Below, one piece after another: positions 53,426 through 64,000 of a DNA stretch of 64,000 nt. The notes beneath the pieces were generated by a model that ran no database searches, was not told the DNA's origin, and worked only from the letters and a program-made list of their open reading frames with translations. Position 1 is the stretch's first letter. Each line of letters begins with the position of its first letter. Where the stretch lies: the NCBI GenBank assembly GCA_051599415.1, contig AP039704.1, positions 124,001 to 188,000 on the forward strand, read 5' to 3'. The position numbers were made by a program, and so were the translations under genes. The stretch comes from Savitreella phatthalungensis (taxonomy: Eukaryota).

Positions 53426-53653
53426 CACGGGGATCTCGTGAGTATCTCTAGGTGAGTGATGAGGGCGTGTCTGAAGACTTCGTCGTCTGACGCGATCTAT
53501 TCGCTTTGTTCTCCACACGGATCCCGGAATCTGGGGTAGTGCGAATCTGGCCGCGGTGAAATTTGACAATCTATCACGGACAGGGTACTGTCAATGAATC
53601 GGCATTTCCGAAGTGTAGAGGAGGATGATAATGGCGGGTCCAGTCCTACGACG

Positions 53654-55159
53654 CTAGTACCGACGACGTTCTAATGAAGGCGTCCATTGGAGGGGATGGG
53701 TTTGCTCTGTGGCAGCGTCGTCTATGCGGTAGATTTTGATGGTTTTGTCTGCGTGTGCTGTGATGAGTCTAACGCCTGCGTTGTCGAAGGTGGCCGCAAA
53801 GATGCCTGCTTCGGAGTCGAGCGAGCCTGGCTGGAGTGTGGGTGGGAGACGTTGATACCTGTGTCCGGTGCGCCAGTCGTACAGCTGGAGGGTGCCATCG
53901 TCACAGCCAGCCATGCACACACCGTCCTGGTTGATGGCGAGCGTGTTGACGATGGAGTCTGGCGGGTCGAAGGATTCGAGTAGATCGGCTTCGGGCAGTT
54001 TCCAGGCGCGGATGCCGTCTGCAGAGCCTGAAGCGAAGGTGAACTCACGCGGATGGAGTGCAAGCGCACGTACACCTTTCTTGTGGTGCGTCAGGGTCGC
54101 CTGCGACTTGCCCGCCGCCAGGTCCCACAACCGTACGTGAGAGTCCATGCTGCCGGTGATGACCTGCGGGTCGGCTTCCTGACACTTGACTGCAGACACT
54201 GTTGCCCTGTGGCCAGATAGGGTGATAACGTTCTGCCGAGTACGCATGTCCCAGACTCTGCCAACGCCGTCACGGCCGCCCGTCACGAGTACATCGAGCT
54301 GCGGGTGCAGACTGAGTGCGTAGACACCCGACAGGTGACCATGGTAATGCCGAACGACTTTGTTGGTCTCGAGGTCCCAGCACTTGACCTGTTTATCCTC
54401 GCCTGCGCTGAAGAGATAAGGGTGCCGATGACTGGCCTCGAGCGCGCGAACGCTCGAGATGTGGCCTGTCAGCGAGAGCTTCAGTGTTCCGGACGCTAGA
54501 TCCCAGATCTTGATCGTCCTGTCACCGGACCCTGTGGCGAACCACCGGTTATCCGGATCGACCGTGATACTGCGTACCCAGCCGAGGTGGCCTGAGATGA
54601 CACGCATCAGCTTCCAGGGTGGGTGCCACGCTGGTCTGCGCTGCTCAAGCAGAGCACGCCGTGCGACTGTGATGGTGCCTGTGGGTTGGCCTGCGACGGT
54701 CAAGGCGGCCGCATCGCTCTTCCGTACTGGTGCTTCACCCGTGAATGCATCTGTTTGGGTGCTGCTCGTCGTCGTCAGTGCCTGAGCGTTCGATGTCAGA
54801 GTGAGCGCAGTCGAGTTCGTTGCTTGTGCGACGGTGGCACGTGCGAGGCTTGTTAACTCGTCAAGTACATCTCTGGTCCGAGAATCGATCAGGCTGGAAG
54901 TCTCGCGATCCGCCTGATCGCGTGTCCGCTTCTTGCCGAGCTTTGCTTGAACCGATGCGTGAAGAGGGCTGTCTACAACAGGTGCGTACTCCGGTGCATG
55001 AAGCCGCGCGGCTAGTCCTGTTCTCAAAGCTTTCCGCTCCAGATCTGCGATCGTCTCGATATTGAGACCTGCAGGGACTTCAACCCTCGGCGCCGGTGCG
55101 TCATCACCACAACCTGCATGGGTGTACCGCAGACCGAACAGCTGCTCTGCCGTGGCCAT
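53654..55159 (-). CDS. PRP46: Pre-mRNA splicing factor Prp46/PLRG1 (WD40)
   Basis: [69 protein letters not shown]. Confidence 0.96.
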   Translation of the reverse strand: MATAEQLFGLRYTHAGCGDDAPAPRVEVPAGLNIETIADLERKALRTGLAARLHAPEYAPVVDSPLHASVQAKLGKKRTRDQADRETSSLIDSRTRDVLDELTSLARATVAQATNSTALTLTSNAQALTTTSSTQTDAFTGEAPVRKSDAAALTVAGQPTGTITVARRALLEQRRPAWHPPWKLMRVISGHLGWVRSITVDPDNRWFATGSGDRTIKIWDLASGTLKLSLTGHISSVRALEASHRHPYLFSAGEDKQVKCWDLETNKVVRHYHGHLSGVYALSLHPQLDVLVTGGRDGVGRVWDMRTRQNVITLSGHRATVSAVKCQEADPQVITGSMDSHVRLWDLAAGKSQATLTHHKKGVRALALHPREFTFASGSADGIRAWKLPEADLLESFDPPDSIVNTLAINQDGVCMAGCDDGTLQLYDWRTGHRYQRLPPTLQPGSLDSEAGIFAATFDNAGVRLITAHADKTIKIYRIDDAATEQTHPLQWTPSLERRRY

Positions 55160-55317
55160 GGACGCCTAGGAGGCCTGCAACCTGTTCTGATTTTTATGAT
55201 TTCTGTATGATGTATGTGCGCACGTCTGTGGAACTTTTTGCCGTATCATTTTGGCCTGACGCATTTAAGCAAGCAAGTCAAAGGTCAACGGACTGGGATC
55301 GTCAGGAAAGCCCAGGG

Positions 55318-55830
55318 ATGTCGTCCTCACGAGAGGATCCTACGGGACAAGAGGTCGATCTGACGACGTTGTCAGTACAACAGCTGCAGGAGCTTCGTCG
55401 GCAGCTTGAGTCTGAGCTTGAGCATTTGAGCGGTAGTTTCGGGCAACTTCGTGGTGCGCGCGGCAAGTATCAGGCCGCTGTGAAAGCACTCGGACAGTCT
55501 TTCCCGAAGGCTGTGGCGGGAGGGAATAAGGGTGATGATACAGCTGTGCCGGCGAAGAAGGAGTTGCTGGTACCGCTGACTTCGTCGCTGTATGTGCCAG
55601 CAACAAGCAGTCACAAGAAGAATCCATCTGTGTTGGTGGATGTCGGCACAGGTTATCATATTCGAATGACGCCAGAGAAGGCGACCGAGTACTACAATGG
55701 CAAAGTCGTTGGACTGGATGTCAACTTGCAAGAATTGGAGCGCGTAGTGAATCTGAAGGCTGGCGATGTCCAGGCAGTGTCGGAGGTGATGACGGAGAAG
55801 ATTCGTGCAAGTCAAGCAGCAAGCGCATAG
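55318..55830 (+). CDS. GIM5: Prefoldin subunit 5 (alpha type)
   Basis: VDLTTLSVQQLQELRRQLESELEHL, LLVPLTSSLYVP, VLVDVGTGY. ATG at 55318. Confidence 0.9.
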   Translation: MSSSREDPTGQEVDLTTLSVQQLQELRRQLESELEHLSGSFGQLRGARGKYQAAVKALGQSFPKAVAGGNKGDDTAVPAKKELLVPLTSSLYVPATSSHKKNPSVLVDVGTGYHIRMTPEKATEYYNGKVVGLDVNLQELERVVNLKAGDVQAVSEVMTEKIRASQAASA

Positions 55831-56287
55831 ACGACTACCGACGGATCACGTACAACGTTATACGACATGTAGATAGGAACGATAGCAATACATCGGCGTT
55901 AGCATGAGACAGATAAAAACAAAGACAGATAAAGCAAAGGTGTTGTTGCGAGATTATGGGTATGGTAGGAGAGTTGGGATCTGTTATTTGAGTATGTACG
56001 TAAGAGCGCTGTGCAACACTGGCACCCGCTGAATTCGAGCGGCGCTGCCTCTTCTTCGGGCTGAAGACAGCCGGTAAAACAATAGCTTCATGGTCTGATG
56101 TGGTCTGGTCGATATGGAGTCGCTTCTCTTATCATCCTCACTTTTCATCTTGGCGTGCTCTCGGCAGGACAGAAGTCTTTCCGAAAGCCACATTTTGTGT
56201 TGTCATTATCTGGGTCATCTCGTTTCGTCTTTGGAAGGCTCGGCGGTGCATCTAATTGGGCACAGGCTGGGTCATCGTGTGGTTGCG

Positions 56288-58057
56288 TCACTTCGGGCAG
56301 AACATGGCGAATGCCTGCTGTTGTGCCTCAAGCTCGAGCTTTTCAGTCGCACGCTCGGCGTGCTTCTGAAGAAGTTGGTCGAGCCACATACTCTTCTGCT
56401 GAAGTCGTTCCTGCGGTGAAAGAGCCTTGAGTTGAGCACGGTGCTCGGAGCATGCAGCACGCTGTTGCATATCCGAACACAAGTCATCGAGATCGAAGCT
56501 CTCGAACTTGGGGTGCGACGAGATCTTGGTCATCATGTGGCCGCACATCGAATGCTTCTCTTCTGGGTCTTCATACACTTCGATGAGCTCTGGTAGTCCC
56601 TTTGAGCGACGCTCGAAATTCAATCGAGCAGCATCCTCTTCCCATCGATCGAAATTCTGCATCAGGTGGCGCACGTGGGCCTGCTTGCCGGGCTCATTGT
56701 CCATGTTGGCAAGCATGTCCATAGCTGTCGAGAAATGCGAAGGTGACGAGTCATCTGTCGACGACTTGCGCAGGGTAGGCGGAGCAGAGGAGCTGCTGCT
56801 ATCGTTGGCACGCTCAATGGCACGCTGGAATTGTGTGAATCCAGTGGGGGACATGGCATCGAGGCCGTACTCTGCTACTTCGGGCACGGACTCGAGCGGC
56901 GCAAACATGTCGCTCTGGTCCAGGTTTGATGGTTCACGGTACTGAAGGAATCCAGGCGTGGTTGGTAGGGTGCTTTGCAGGAAAGGATCATCGAAAACGA
57001 GCGGATCGGCAGCGGGCTGGAATTGGTCGACTGCATTTTTCAAGCCGACGAAATCCTTGCAACTGTGGGCCGGAGGAGGTCCAGAGGCAAAGGCGGCGCT
57101 TGCTCTGAGGATGATCTCCTCGGGCGATTCTGAGTGCTGCTGCTGCTGCTGCTTGCCCAGACCTGCTTGTGAGACAGTGTTTGTATTGAAGAACGGCAAG
57201 GAGGCAGCGTTGAAATCTGTCTCATAGGCACTGAGTGGCGATGCAGTGGAGGAGCCGGAATGCAGTGACGGGCAGGAGGAATTGGAAGATCCCTGTTGTG
57301 CCAGATTCGGTCGGTCATGGCTACTTACTGTTGAGTCTGAACGGCGACCGCCGAGTGTAGCTGTAGCTGTGGAATATCCGCTGTCTGAATTCCGATGGAC
57401 AGAGCCACGAGAGCCTTGTCTCTGTGATTGCTGCTGTCCGAATGGCGAGGAGCCGGAGGTGGACGAAGGGAAAGAGTCGCTGGGTGACGGCAATTCGAAG
57501 GTAAAATCGCGCGCGATAGGAGGTGGTGCAAAATCCTGTGAAGTACCCGAAGCGGCGGTCTGAACGGCGTGCATGCGCTGAGTCATGGCGGAAAGTTTGC
57601 GCTTCAGCAGCTCATTCTCAGTGAGTTGGGATTCTGAGCGCTGCTCGAGCTCGGCGATCCGAGTCTCGAGTGCTTTGACGTGAGCCTCTTTTCGCTCACG
57701 AAAGGCGCGCTGAGCTTGCCTGTTCTGTGCCTTGCGCTTCGTGGTGGGCTCGTCGACGATTGGCTTCCTACCTGGCTTCTTGCGCTCAGAAATGTTTGAC
57801 GAGGATCCGACCATGTCGCCTTCATGCTTCTTCGCAGCTGGCTCGTCCTCGGAGCTGTAGGTCGCTAGAGAGTGCTTGTCAACAGATTGCTGGAATTGTG
57901 CGACATCAAGGGAGTAGAGGTCGTCAGCATGGTTGTTTGGACCATGCGTGAGTGTGGAGGGGAGCGCCATGAGATCAAGGTCGCTCTGGTTGAGTGGATT
58001 GAGTTCTGGCGAAGGAACAAAGTCGTGGTGCTTACGCTCTAAACACGGATTCGACAT
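56288..58057 (-). CDS. AP-1-like bZIP transcription factor (Yap1/Pap1 family)
   Basis: RKKPGRKP..KRKAQNRQAQRAFRERKE basic region (NxxAQxxFR) with leucine zipper. C-terminal cysteine-rich domain C..ISSHPKF..DLDDLCSDM..AACSE. Confidence 0.88.
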   Translation of the reverse strand: MSNPCLERKHHDFVPSPELNPLNQSDLDLMALPSTLTHGPNNHADDLYSLDVAQFQQSVDKHSLATYSSEDEPAAKKHEGDMVGSSSNISERKKPGRKPIVDEPTTKRKAQNRQAQRAFRERKEAHVKALETRIAELEQRSESQLTENELLKRKLSAMTQRMHAVQTAASGTSQDFAPPPIARDFTFELPSPSDSFPSSTSGSSPFGQQQSQRQGSRGSVHRNSDSGYSTATATLGGRRSDSTVSSHDRPNLAQQGSSNSSCPSLHSGSSTASPLSAYETDFNAASLPFFNTNTVSQAGLGKQQQQQHSESPEEIILRASAAFASGPPPAHSCKDFVGLKNAVDQFQPAADPLVFDDPFLQSTLPTTPGFLQYREPSNLDQSDMFAPLESVPEVAEYGLDAMSPTGFTQFQRAIERANDSSSSSAPPTLRKSSTDDSSPSHFSTAMDMLANMDNEPGKQAHVRHLMQNFDRWEEDAARLNFERRSKGLPELIEVYEDPEEKHSMCGHMMTKISSHPKFESFDLDDLCSDMQQRAACSEHRAQLKALSPQERLQQKSMWLDQLLQKHAERATEKLELEAQQQAFAMFCPK

Positions 58058-61044
58058 GGTATTTAGAGGATTGTCGTGCGCAGGAGTGACAGGAAGGAAT
58101 GATCTGTTCAGACCGAATGAACTTTGACTGCGCTTACAATCGCGCGGTGAAGATGAACGCCCGAGAGGTCCGACGTCCGGAGAATCGTGAAGTGAGAAGC
58201 GCGCTTCTGAATGAAGGTCGCTAGAATCTGAGAATTGAACTGGTATAAGACTTGTCAGGGCGACTATGCGTCCAAGTCAGCCTGAAGCTTCTGAATGGAT
58301 GTGGTAGATGTGTCGTGATGCGTTTGTGAAGTGAGTCGAGTTGGGAGTGACGTGACTCTGACCCTTACCGTTGTACTGTCAGTGGGTGATGGTGGTCTTG
58401 TCAGGCTGTTAGTGAGAAAGAGAGTGAGAGAGAGAGAGGTTAAATGATTGAGTGTATGAGTCTGAATTAGATTGGAGTGGAGTTTAGTTTAGTTTAGTTT
58501 AGTAGCTGCAGTAAGTATATTATAGAGTAGGAAGGGATGATGATCTCGAATGTTCAGGTGACTGACTGAATTGTGAATTGTGAAAGTGGATGTGGATCTG
58601 GATGTGGATGTGAATATCAGAGTGAATGTGATCAGGCTGGACAGTTGGATTTGTAATGCGTCAAAAGTGTGAATTGTGAGTGTATTCAGATAAGTCGCTG
58701 GAATTTCAAGTCGGCAGGTGAGTGATTAGAGTGGATTGAATGATTGAGGCAGGAGAGATTTGGAACAGTCAGAAACTTCCATCACCCAATCAACCACTTG
58801 AATCAATTAGGCGATTGAACAATTTCGAATCTGGCGTTACTGAAAAGATATTCAAATACGAGCGAGTGAACTGCGCACTGATCGATGAACCTTCAACCTA
58901 CACCACCCAATCTGTCTCGCTTGGGTCCACAAGGTGTAAAGAGAAGGATCAGCAAGATTGCAACAGTGGTGTCGTATCGTCATGCATCGAGTCTTGTCCA
59001 CGCGTGTCCCGTTGTGTTGCAGGATAACGACAGGTTCAGGATGTCAGATCAGCAAACTTGAGTCTGAGTATATGGAAATGCGTGTGCAGGAGCCCTCATT
59101 CAAGGCCGCAAAGTCACAGCCTCACCACATGACACAGAAGCTTCTCTGCCGAATTTACACCCGCACCAGATTGTGCGTCCCGCCGATAAACAAATGTGCG
59201 CACATACGGGATCTTCTCAGCACATTCGCCTGAGCTTAAAGCTAAATGTCTATGTCTATAAATCTGATTAGTCCCTGGCTTGGTCTAGTTGGAGCAATGC
59301 ACCAGAACATTTCCATCGTCCTATCTGTATGACCACTCCGGTCAATAGATCTTCAATCGTGAAGTACAACGCTGGTGGAGAAGTAGAGCTGCACGCGAAT
59401 GATCACAAAAGGTATTTAGACGCATGGTAATCTGCAGTATGAGCCAATTATATTCACTTCCGAATGTCATCCACCCGTTTTCCCGCTCCTGCAAAAAGCA
59501 TACTATGTGAGTAGCCTGCCTGTTTCAGGGTCAGATCCATTTCTACGGTATCAGTGGGAGCTGCATGTGGCAGCCTTCAAAGATCATGGTTGGTCTTCAA
59601 CAGAACCATCACAAGATCTCAAATCAATGGGGCGCTTCGCCCACCAACCAGCCTGGATAGAAACTGGCATGTCAATCAATCATTAATTCCCCGCAAGACC
59701 GCGTTTTATGCCCTTGGGCGCCATCATCAACTGGATCAATGCTCCAGCTCCACCCACACGTTGCAGTCCGCTCAATCGGTCATTGTCCACTTACAGTACC
59801 ACCGATCCCACACACACTACAATCGACTGCTGAAGAAGTGTGGTCGGCGAATTAGCAGGAAAAAGAATGAATACGATAACCAAGATTAAATTGTGATGAG
59901 CGCTGATCGAGGTTACATTTCACCTTTATGCACCATGCAGCCAATGGAGAAGCTTAAATCGGGTAGCACTATCGACGTATGCGGGCAGATCTGCGATCTC
60001 TTGCGATAGCAATCACATGGTGTGGCAACCGCCCACGTACGCGAGCACTTGCTCACATGCCAAACAAACGCTGTGATGAACTTGCAAAGCTCCTTCCGTG
60101 AGCTCTACAGTCCATCCACTGATCCCCTGCGTAAGCTCAAGATCATTCTGGGCCCAGAACGCTTTATCTCCTCATGCACGCTCTCTCCTCACATTCAAAG
60201 TCCCAGAAATTGGATAATTATGAAGATAAGCTTCTTTAGGACATTTGTCCAGCCCAACTAGGTACTCGTTAATCGTCAAACAGACTCATCTTCGATCATG
60301 ATACAGTGCAGCTGTCTGATGAATGCATGGTCTTTCTCTTCGGCGTCCACCTCACCGTGTACGCACATGTGTCCGTTTCAGACCCGTCCGTAAGCGCCAC
60401 ACAAGCCGTTTAAAATCGTGGCGAAGTCCATATTCTATCAACCAACACGTGCTCGGAATTTGTCACAGCTTGGGGAAGACCTGATACAGCGCCGATGAAT
60501 TAGCGCCCGTGCAATTAGCGGCCGACATGGCGGAGTAGCTTCCACCACACTCTCTCATACGCCTAAGGGAAATTACAATCATCAGACGATATCAGACCAA
60601 GCACTCAGACTCACGTCCGCTGACCAAGAATTGCTAAGTCGCCTTTCACTGCATCGCGTCTACTATCGGCCAGCAGCCTACCGCGAGCACTTGACACATT
60701 GGCTGTGTCAGAGGATTTCAAGTTGCTCGAGCTTGTTGACATTCGTTGTCGAGCTAAGTACGGTATCAACAATTTCAAAAGTACGGCACTTTCCTAACTC
60801 AAGAAGGCCACTGAAGCATCTATCGACACCGCAGCCTTATCGAAACACTGTTCCATCTATCTGCTTAGACAAGTGCTCGTCATACCATCGTCTTTCTCAT
60901 CACCGCTCCCGAACAAAAGATTACACACTCGGTCGAGATCTCTAGGCTGATTCACGTTCGATCAGTATTTTTTTTTTGGTTTGCTCGTCATAATTTCCGA
61001 TTAAAGCAGGACTTGATCAATAGAAGCGAGCTTTCAGGAGAAAA

Positions 61045-62304
61045 ATGTTACTCAACGGCAGACTTGCAAGAGCAGGAGCTCTATCATCAAAAAGGACACG
61101 AGCCGGTCTATTGCCATTGTTGGGGTCGAGGATGCGCAATACAGAGCCTCGGTACAGTAATGGTCTGCCACTGCCGTCGAGCAGCGGAATCCGCGGACTT
61201 GCATCCCTCAGCAGTGCCAACCTCTCCGTTACGCCCACAGACACGCCAAAGCCGAAGCAGGACAAGTCGAAGCTTGTGTTTGGTCACACGTTTACGGACC
61301 ACATGCTGGCGGTCGAGTGGACAGCTCAGGAGGGCTGGGCACCCCCACAGATCACAAAGTACCAGAATCTGTCACTCGATCCAGCCACCTGCGTCTTCCA
61401 CTACGGTTTCGAGTGCTTCGAGGGCATGAAGGCGTACAAGGACGCTGCTGGCAAGGTCAGGTTATTCCGACCTGACATGAATGCAGCCCGATTGTCCCGG
61501 TCGGGTTTGCGGATCGCCCTGCCTGACTTTGACCAGGGTGAGCTGATCAAGCTGATCGGGGAGTACACAAAGGTGGAGCAGGACTGGATTCCAGAAGGCA
61601 AGGGATTCTCCCTGTACCTGCGTCCGACGCTGATCGGCACACAGAAGACACTCGGTATCGGTCCTGTGGGTTCGGCCTTGCTGTTTGTCATCGCATCACC
61701 CGTCGGACCTTACTACCCTCGCGGGTTCAAGGCGATCTCGTTGTGGGCGACGAGCGACCAGGTGCGTGCTTGGAAGGGCGGTTTCGGTGACGCGAAGCTG
61801 GGAGCCAACTACGCGCCATGCGTGACTGCCCAGACCCGCGTCGCCGCTCTCGGATACGAGCAGAATTTGTGGCTGAACGGTCCAGAGCACTACGTCGGCG
61901 AGGTCGGCACGTCCAACTTGTTCGTCGCATGGGTGAACGAGGCTGGGGAGAAGGAGTTGATCACTGCGCCACTCGACGGCACGATTCTACCTGGCGTCAC
62001 ACGTGACTCGATCCTAGCACTCGCGAGAGAACGGCTGCCGGAGTTCAAGGTGACTGAGCAGCTGTTCACCATGCCGGAAGTCGTCAAGGCATCACAGGAA
62101 GGAAGACTTCTGGAGATGTTTGGCGCAGGCACAGCAGTCGTCTGCGCACCCGTCAAGCGCGTCCACTACAACGGCAGCGACATCGATGTACCTCTCCAAG
62201 ACGGCAAGGAGGCAGGACCGATCGCAGAGAAGATGGTCAACTGGATCACAGGCATTCAGTACGGTGAAGAGGACGGTCACCCATGGTCTGTCGTGGTATC
62301 ATAA
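61045..62304 (+). CDS. BAT1: Mitochondrial branched-chain amino acid aminotransferase
   Basis: LVFGHTFTDHML, FHYGFECFEGMKAY, LFRPDMN, SLYLRPT, PLP lysine in GDAKLGANY, EVGTSN, ILPGVTRDS, EMFGAGTA. Arg-rich presequence. Confidence 0.95.
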   Translation: MLLNGRLARAGALSSKRTRAGLLPLLGSRMRNTEPRYSNGLPLPSSSGIRGLASLSSANLSVTPTDTPKPKQDKSKLVFGHTFTDHMLAVEWTAQEGWAPPQITKYQNLSLDPATCVFHYGFECFEGMKAYKDAAGKVRLFRPDMNAARLSRSGLRIALPDFDQGELIKLIGEYTKVEQDWIPEGKGFSLYLRPTLIGTQKTLGIGPVGSALLFVIASPVGPYYPRGFKAISLWATSDQVRAWKGGFGDAKLGANYAPCVTAQTRVAALGYEQNLWLNGPEHYVGEVGTSNLFVAWVNEAGEKELITAPLDGTILPGVTRDSILALARERLPEFKVTEQLFTMPEVVKASQEGRLLEMFGAGTAVVCAPVKRVHYNGSDIDVPLQDGKEAGPIAEKMVNWITGIQYGEEDGHPWSVVVS

Positions 62305-62805
62305 GGGCATGTCTCTGACAGAATCAACACGTGAAGATCTAGATTGGACGTGATTCAGGTGTGACGTTCAAGCATCAATGCATATCTGACACCTTTGTCT
62401 ATTGTCTACCGGTAGATTGTCTTGTCTTGTGGCATTCACGTGTGTCTATTGTCAATGTACTCACTTGAGTGATGAGTTTGTTGAATCCTCCTAAACCCTG
62501 TATACGTATATACGTACTGTGTTAAGTGAGTCTGCTGCTGGTGAGAACAGTGTGGATCGAGGATTCTATTCATAGTAACTGTATTTGGAATGAGCACCCT
62601 GTGGCAGCCAATCAAAATACTCTCCATTCAATCAATCCTCATTCATCCAACTCCATACAATTCCATCAAATACAGGTTCAAATCCAGCAATAGAATTGTC
62701 TCATATGTGCAGAAGGTGAGAAGATCATTTTCCCCCTCTCCTATTCTATCCAGTCTCCTTGAGGAGTCCAACGCTTCCGCATGTATCTGAGACACGGCAA
62801 ACCCC

Positions 62806-62960
62806 TCTCTCTCTCTCTCTCTCTCTGTCTCTCACTCTCGCTTTCTCTTCTTCTTAAATCGCCTGCCCGCACAGTCTTCAGAATCTACACACACAGACAC
62901 ACATACACACAAACCAACGTACATACACACATACACACAGACAGAACAGACAGAACAGGC
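62806..62960. repeat. (CT)n followed by CA-rich simple repeats
   Basis: Same CT/CA pattern precedes the starts of PMC1, PEX11 and GCV3, so this may be the promoter or leader of a + strand gene beyond the window end. Confidence 0.6.
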
Positions 62961-64000
62961 TGACAGCTCTCAAGCCCTCTACAGTTATCCATGAGCTACA
63001 TCCACCTGCTGTAGCTACATACGCCTCTCCCCCTTTTCCCTTTTCCCTTCTACCGCCAATAACCTTCCGGTCATGGAAGGGAGTTGCAGAGGATGTGCGT
63101 CAATCACTCAAGATGAGGAGCAACATGGCTTTCACCGGACAAGTCATTGTCTGAGTGGGTGAGCGGGTGAGTGAGTGAGTGAGTGAGTGAACTTTTGTAG
63201 ATGAGGTCAGCTTCTTTGAACATCGTCTTACAGACGTGACGCGACATACACAGGACGCGCGCTCAACAACACAAGGACTTCTTGTCCTCGGAAGACACCA
63301 GAAGATTAACTTAAAAAAAAGGACCTCTGTACTGTACGGTATAACGATACAACGGTCTGATTCCAAATTAGGAAGATATTCAACATCCATAAAACACCTC
63401 CTTTGCTCTAAAGAGATCAAAGGAGTCAACAGCCGTTACCGCTCAACAGCAAGAGCCAGAAGAGCACAGACCTCCTTTAACACAAAAAAGATCCTAGTTC
63501 TGCAGAGTGCCACTCCTTCAGGAGACTTGTCGATGAACCATCATGTCACAGACTGAAGCTCTGACAGCGGAGACGGTCACCGTCACCGGCCCTTACAACA
63601 TACCTTGCTCGCCCGTGCCCGAGCTCGACAACGCATCCACCACCTCAGCCTCGTCGCCCGCCACATCGACGTGCTCGCCGACGCGAGGCACACACACGCG
63701 CTCAGACACGCCCCATCACCTTGACACACGCCTCTTCTCTCAAACGGAGACACCTGGCAGGCTACCCGACAAGGTCCGCGTGGCAGAATCTCCGACACAA
63801 TACATTCGCGCTGCGCTCAAATCTGCACAAGACGCATACCACGACCATCACTTAAGCGGCGCTAAGCTCGATACTGCCTTGAACCAAATCCCACGACGCA
63901 GACTCGTCCGCTCCTTCACCACCGTTTCTTCTTTCCCGTCTGCGCACAAGTCGCTTTCAGACCTCGGACCACAGAGGCCAGCATCCGCGTCCCGGAGATC

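Noticed and set aside
1..64000. Transposons, CRISPR arrays, telomerase RNA template, spliceosomal snRNAs, secondary-metabolite cluster
   Set aside because: No transposase/RT ORF, LTR or TIR, repeat-spacer array, CCCTAA-type template, snRNA signature or PKS/NRPS gene seen by eye.

Overview
Gene-dense, intron-poor, GC-rich fungal (ascomycete) nuclear DNA. The gene content (btb1-type Ank-RCC1-BTB protein, Pap1/Yap1-like bZIP, Cch1) and the short introns would fit an early-diverging ascomycete such as Taphrinomycotina, but that is inference only. The window holds 26 protein-coding genes, nearly all conserved housekeeping genes: COQ5, KIN1, NUP84, VMA5, HEM25, GPN3, PMC1, hotdog thioesterase, FAH-family hydrolase, beta-tubulin, VMA13, MAK21, CCH1, BTB1/IBTK-like, PEX11, GPI12, GCV3, SGM1/TMF1, ACSM-like ligase, PRP46, prefoldin 5, YAP1-like and BAT1, plus an orphan and an unassigned coiled-coil protein. 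There is also one intron-containing tRNA-His(GTG). I found no mobile element, CRISPR array or secondary-metabolite cluster, and no clear-cut new multi-gene system. The most unusual signal is a block-wise oscillation between G/T-rich and C/A-rich sequence that runs through coding regions and is carried largely by synonymous sites. Other notable points are a natural E198Q in beta-tubulin, a PAM2-like motif ending the BTB protein, a possible splice fusion of two adjacent hydrolase genes, and a cluster of calcineurin-response-like motifs upstream of PMC1.
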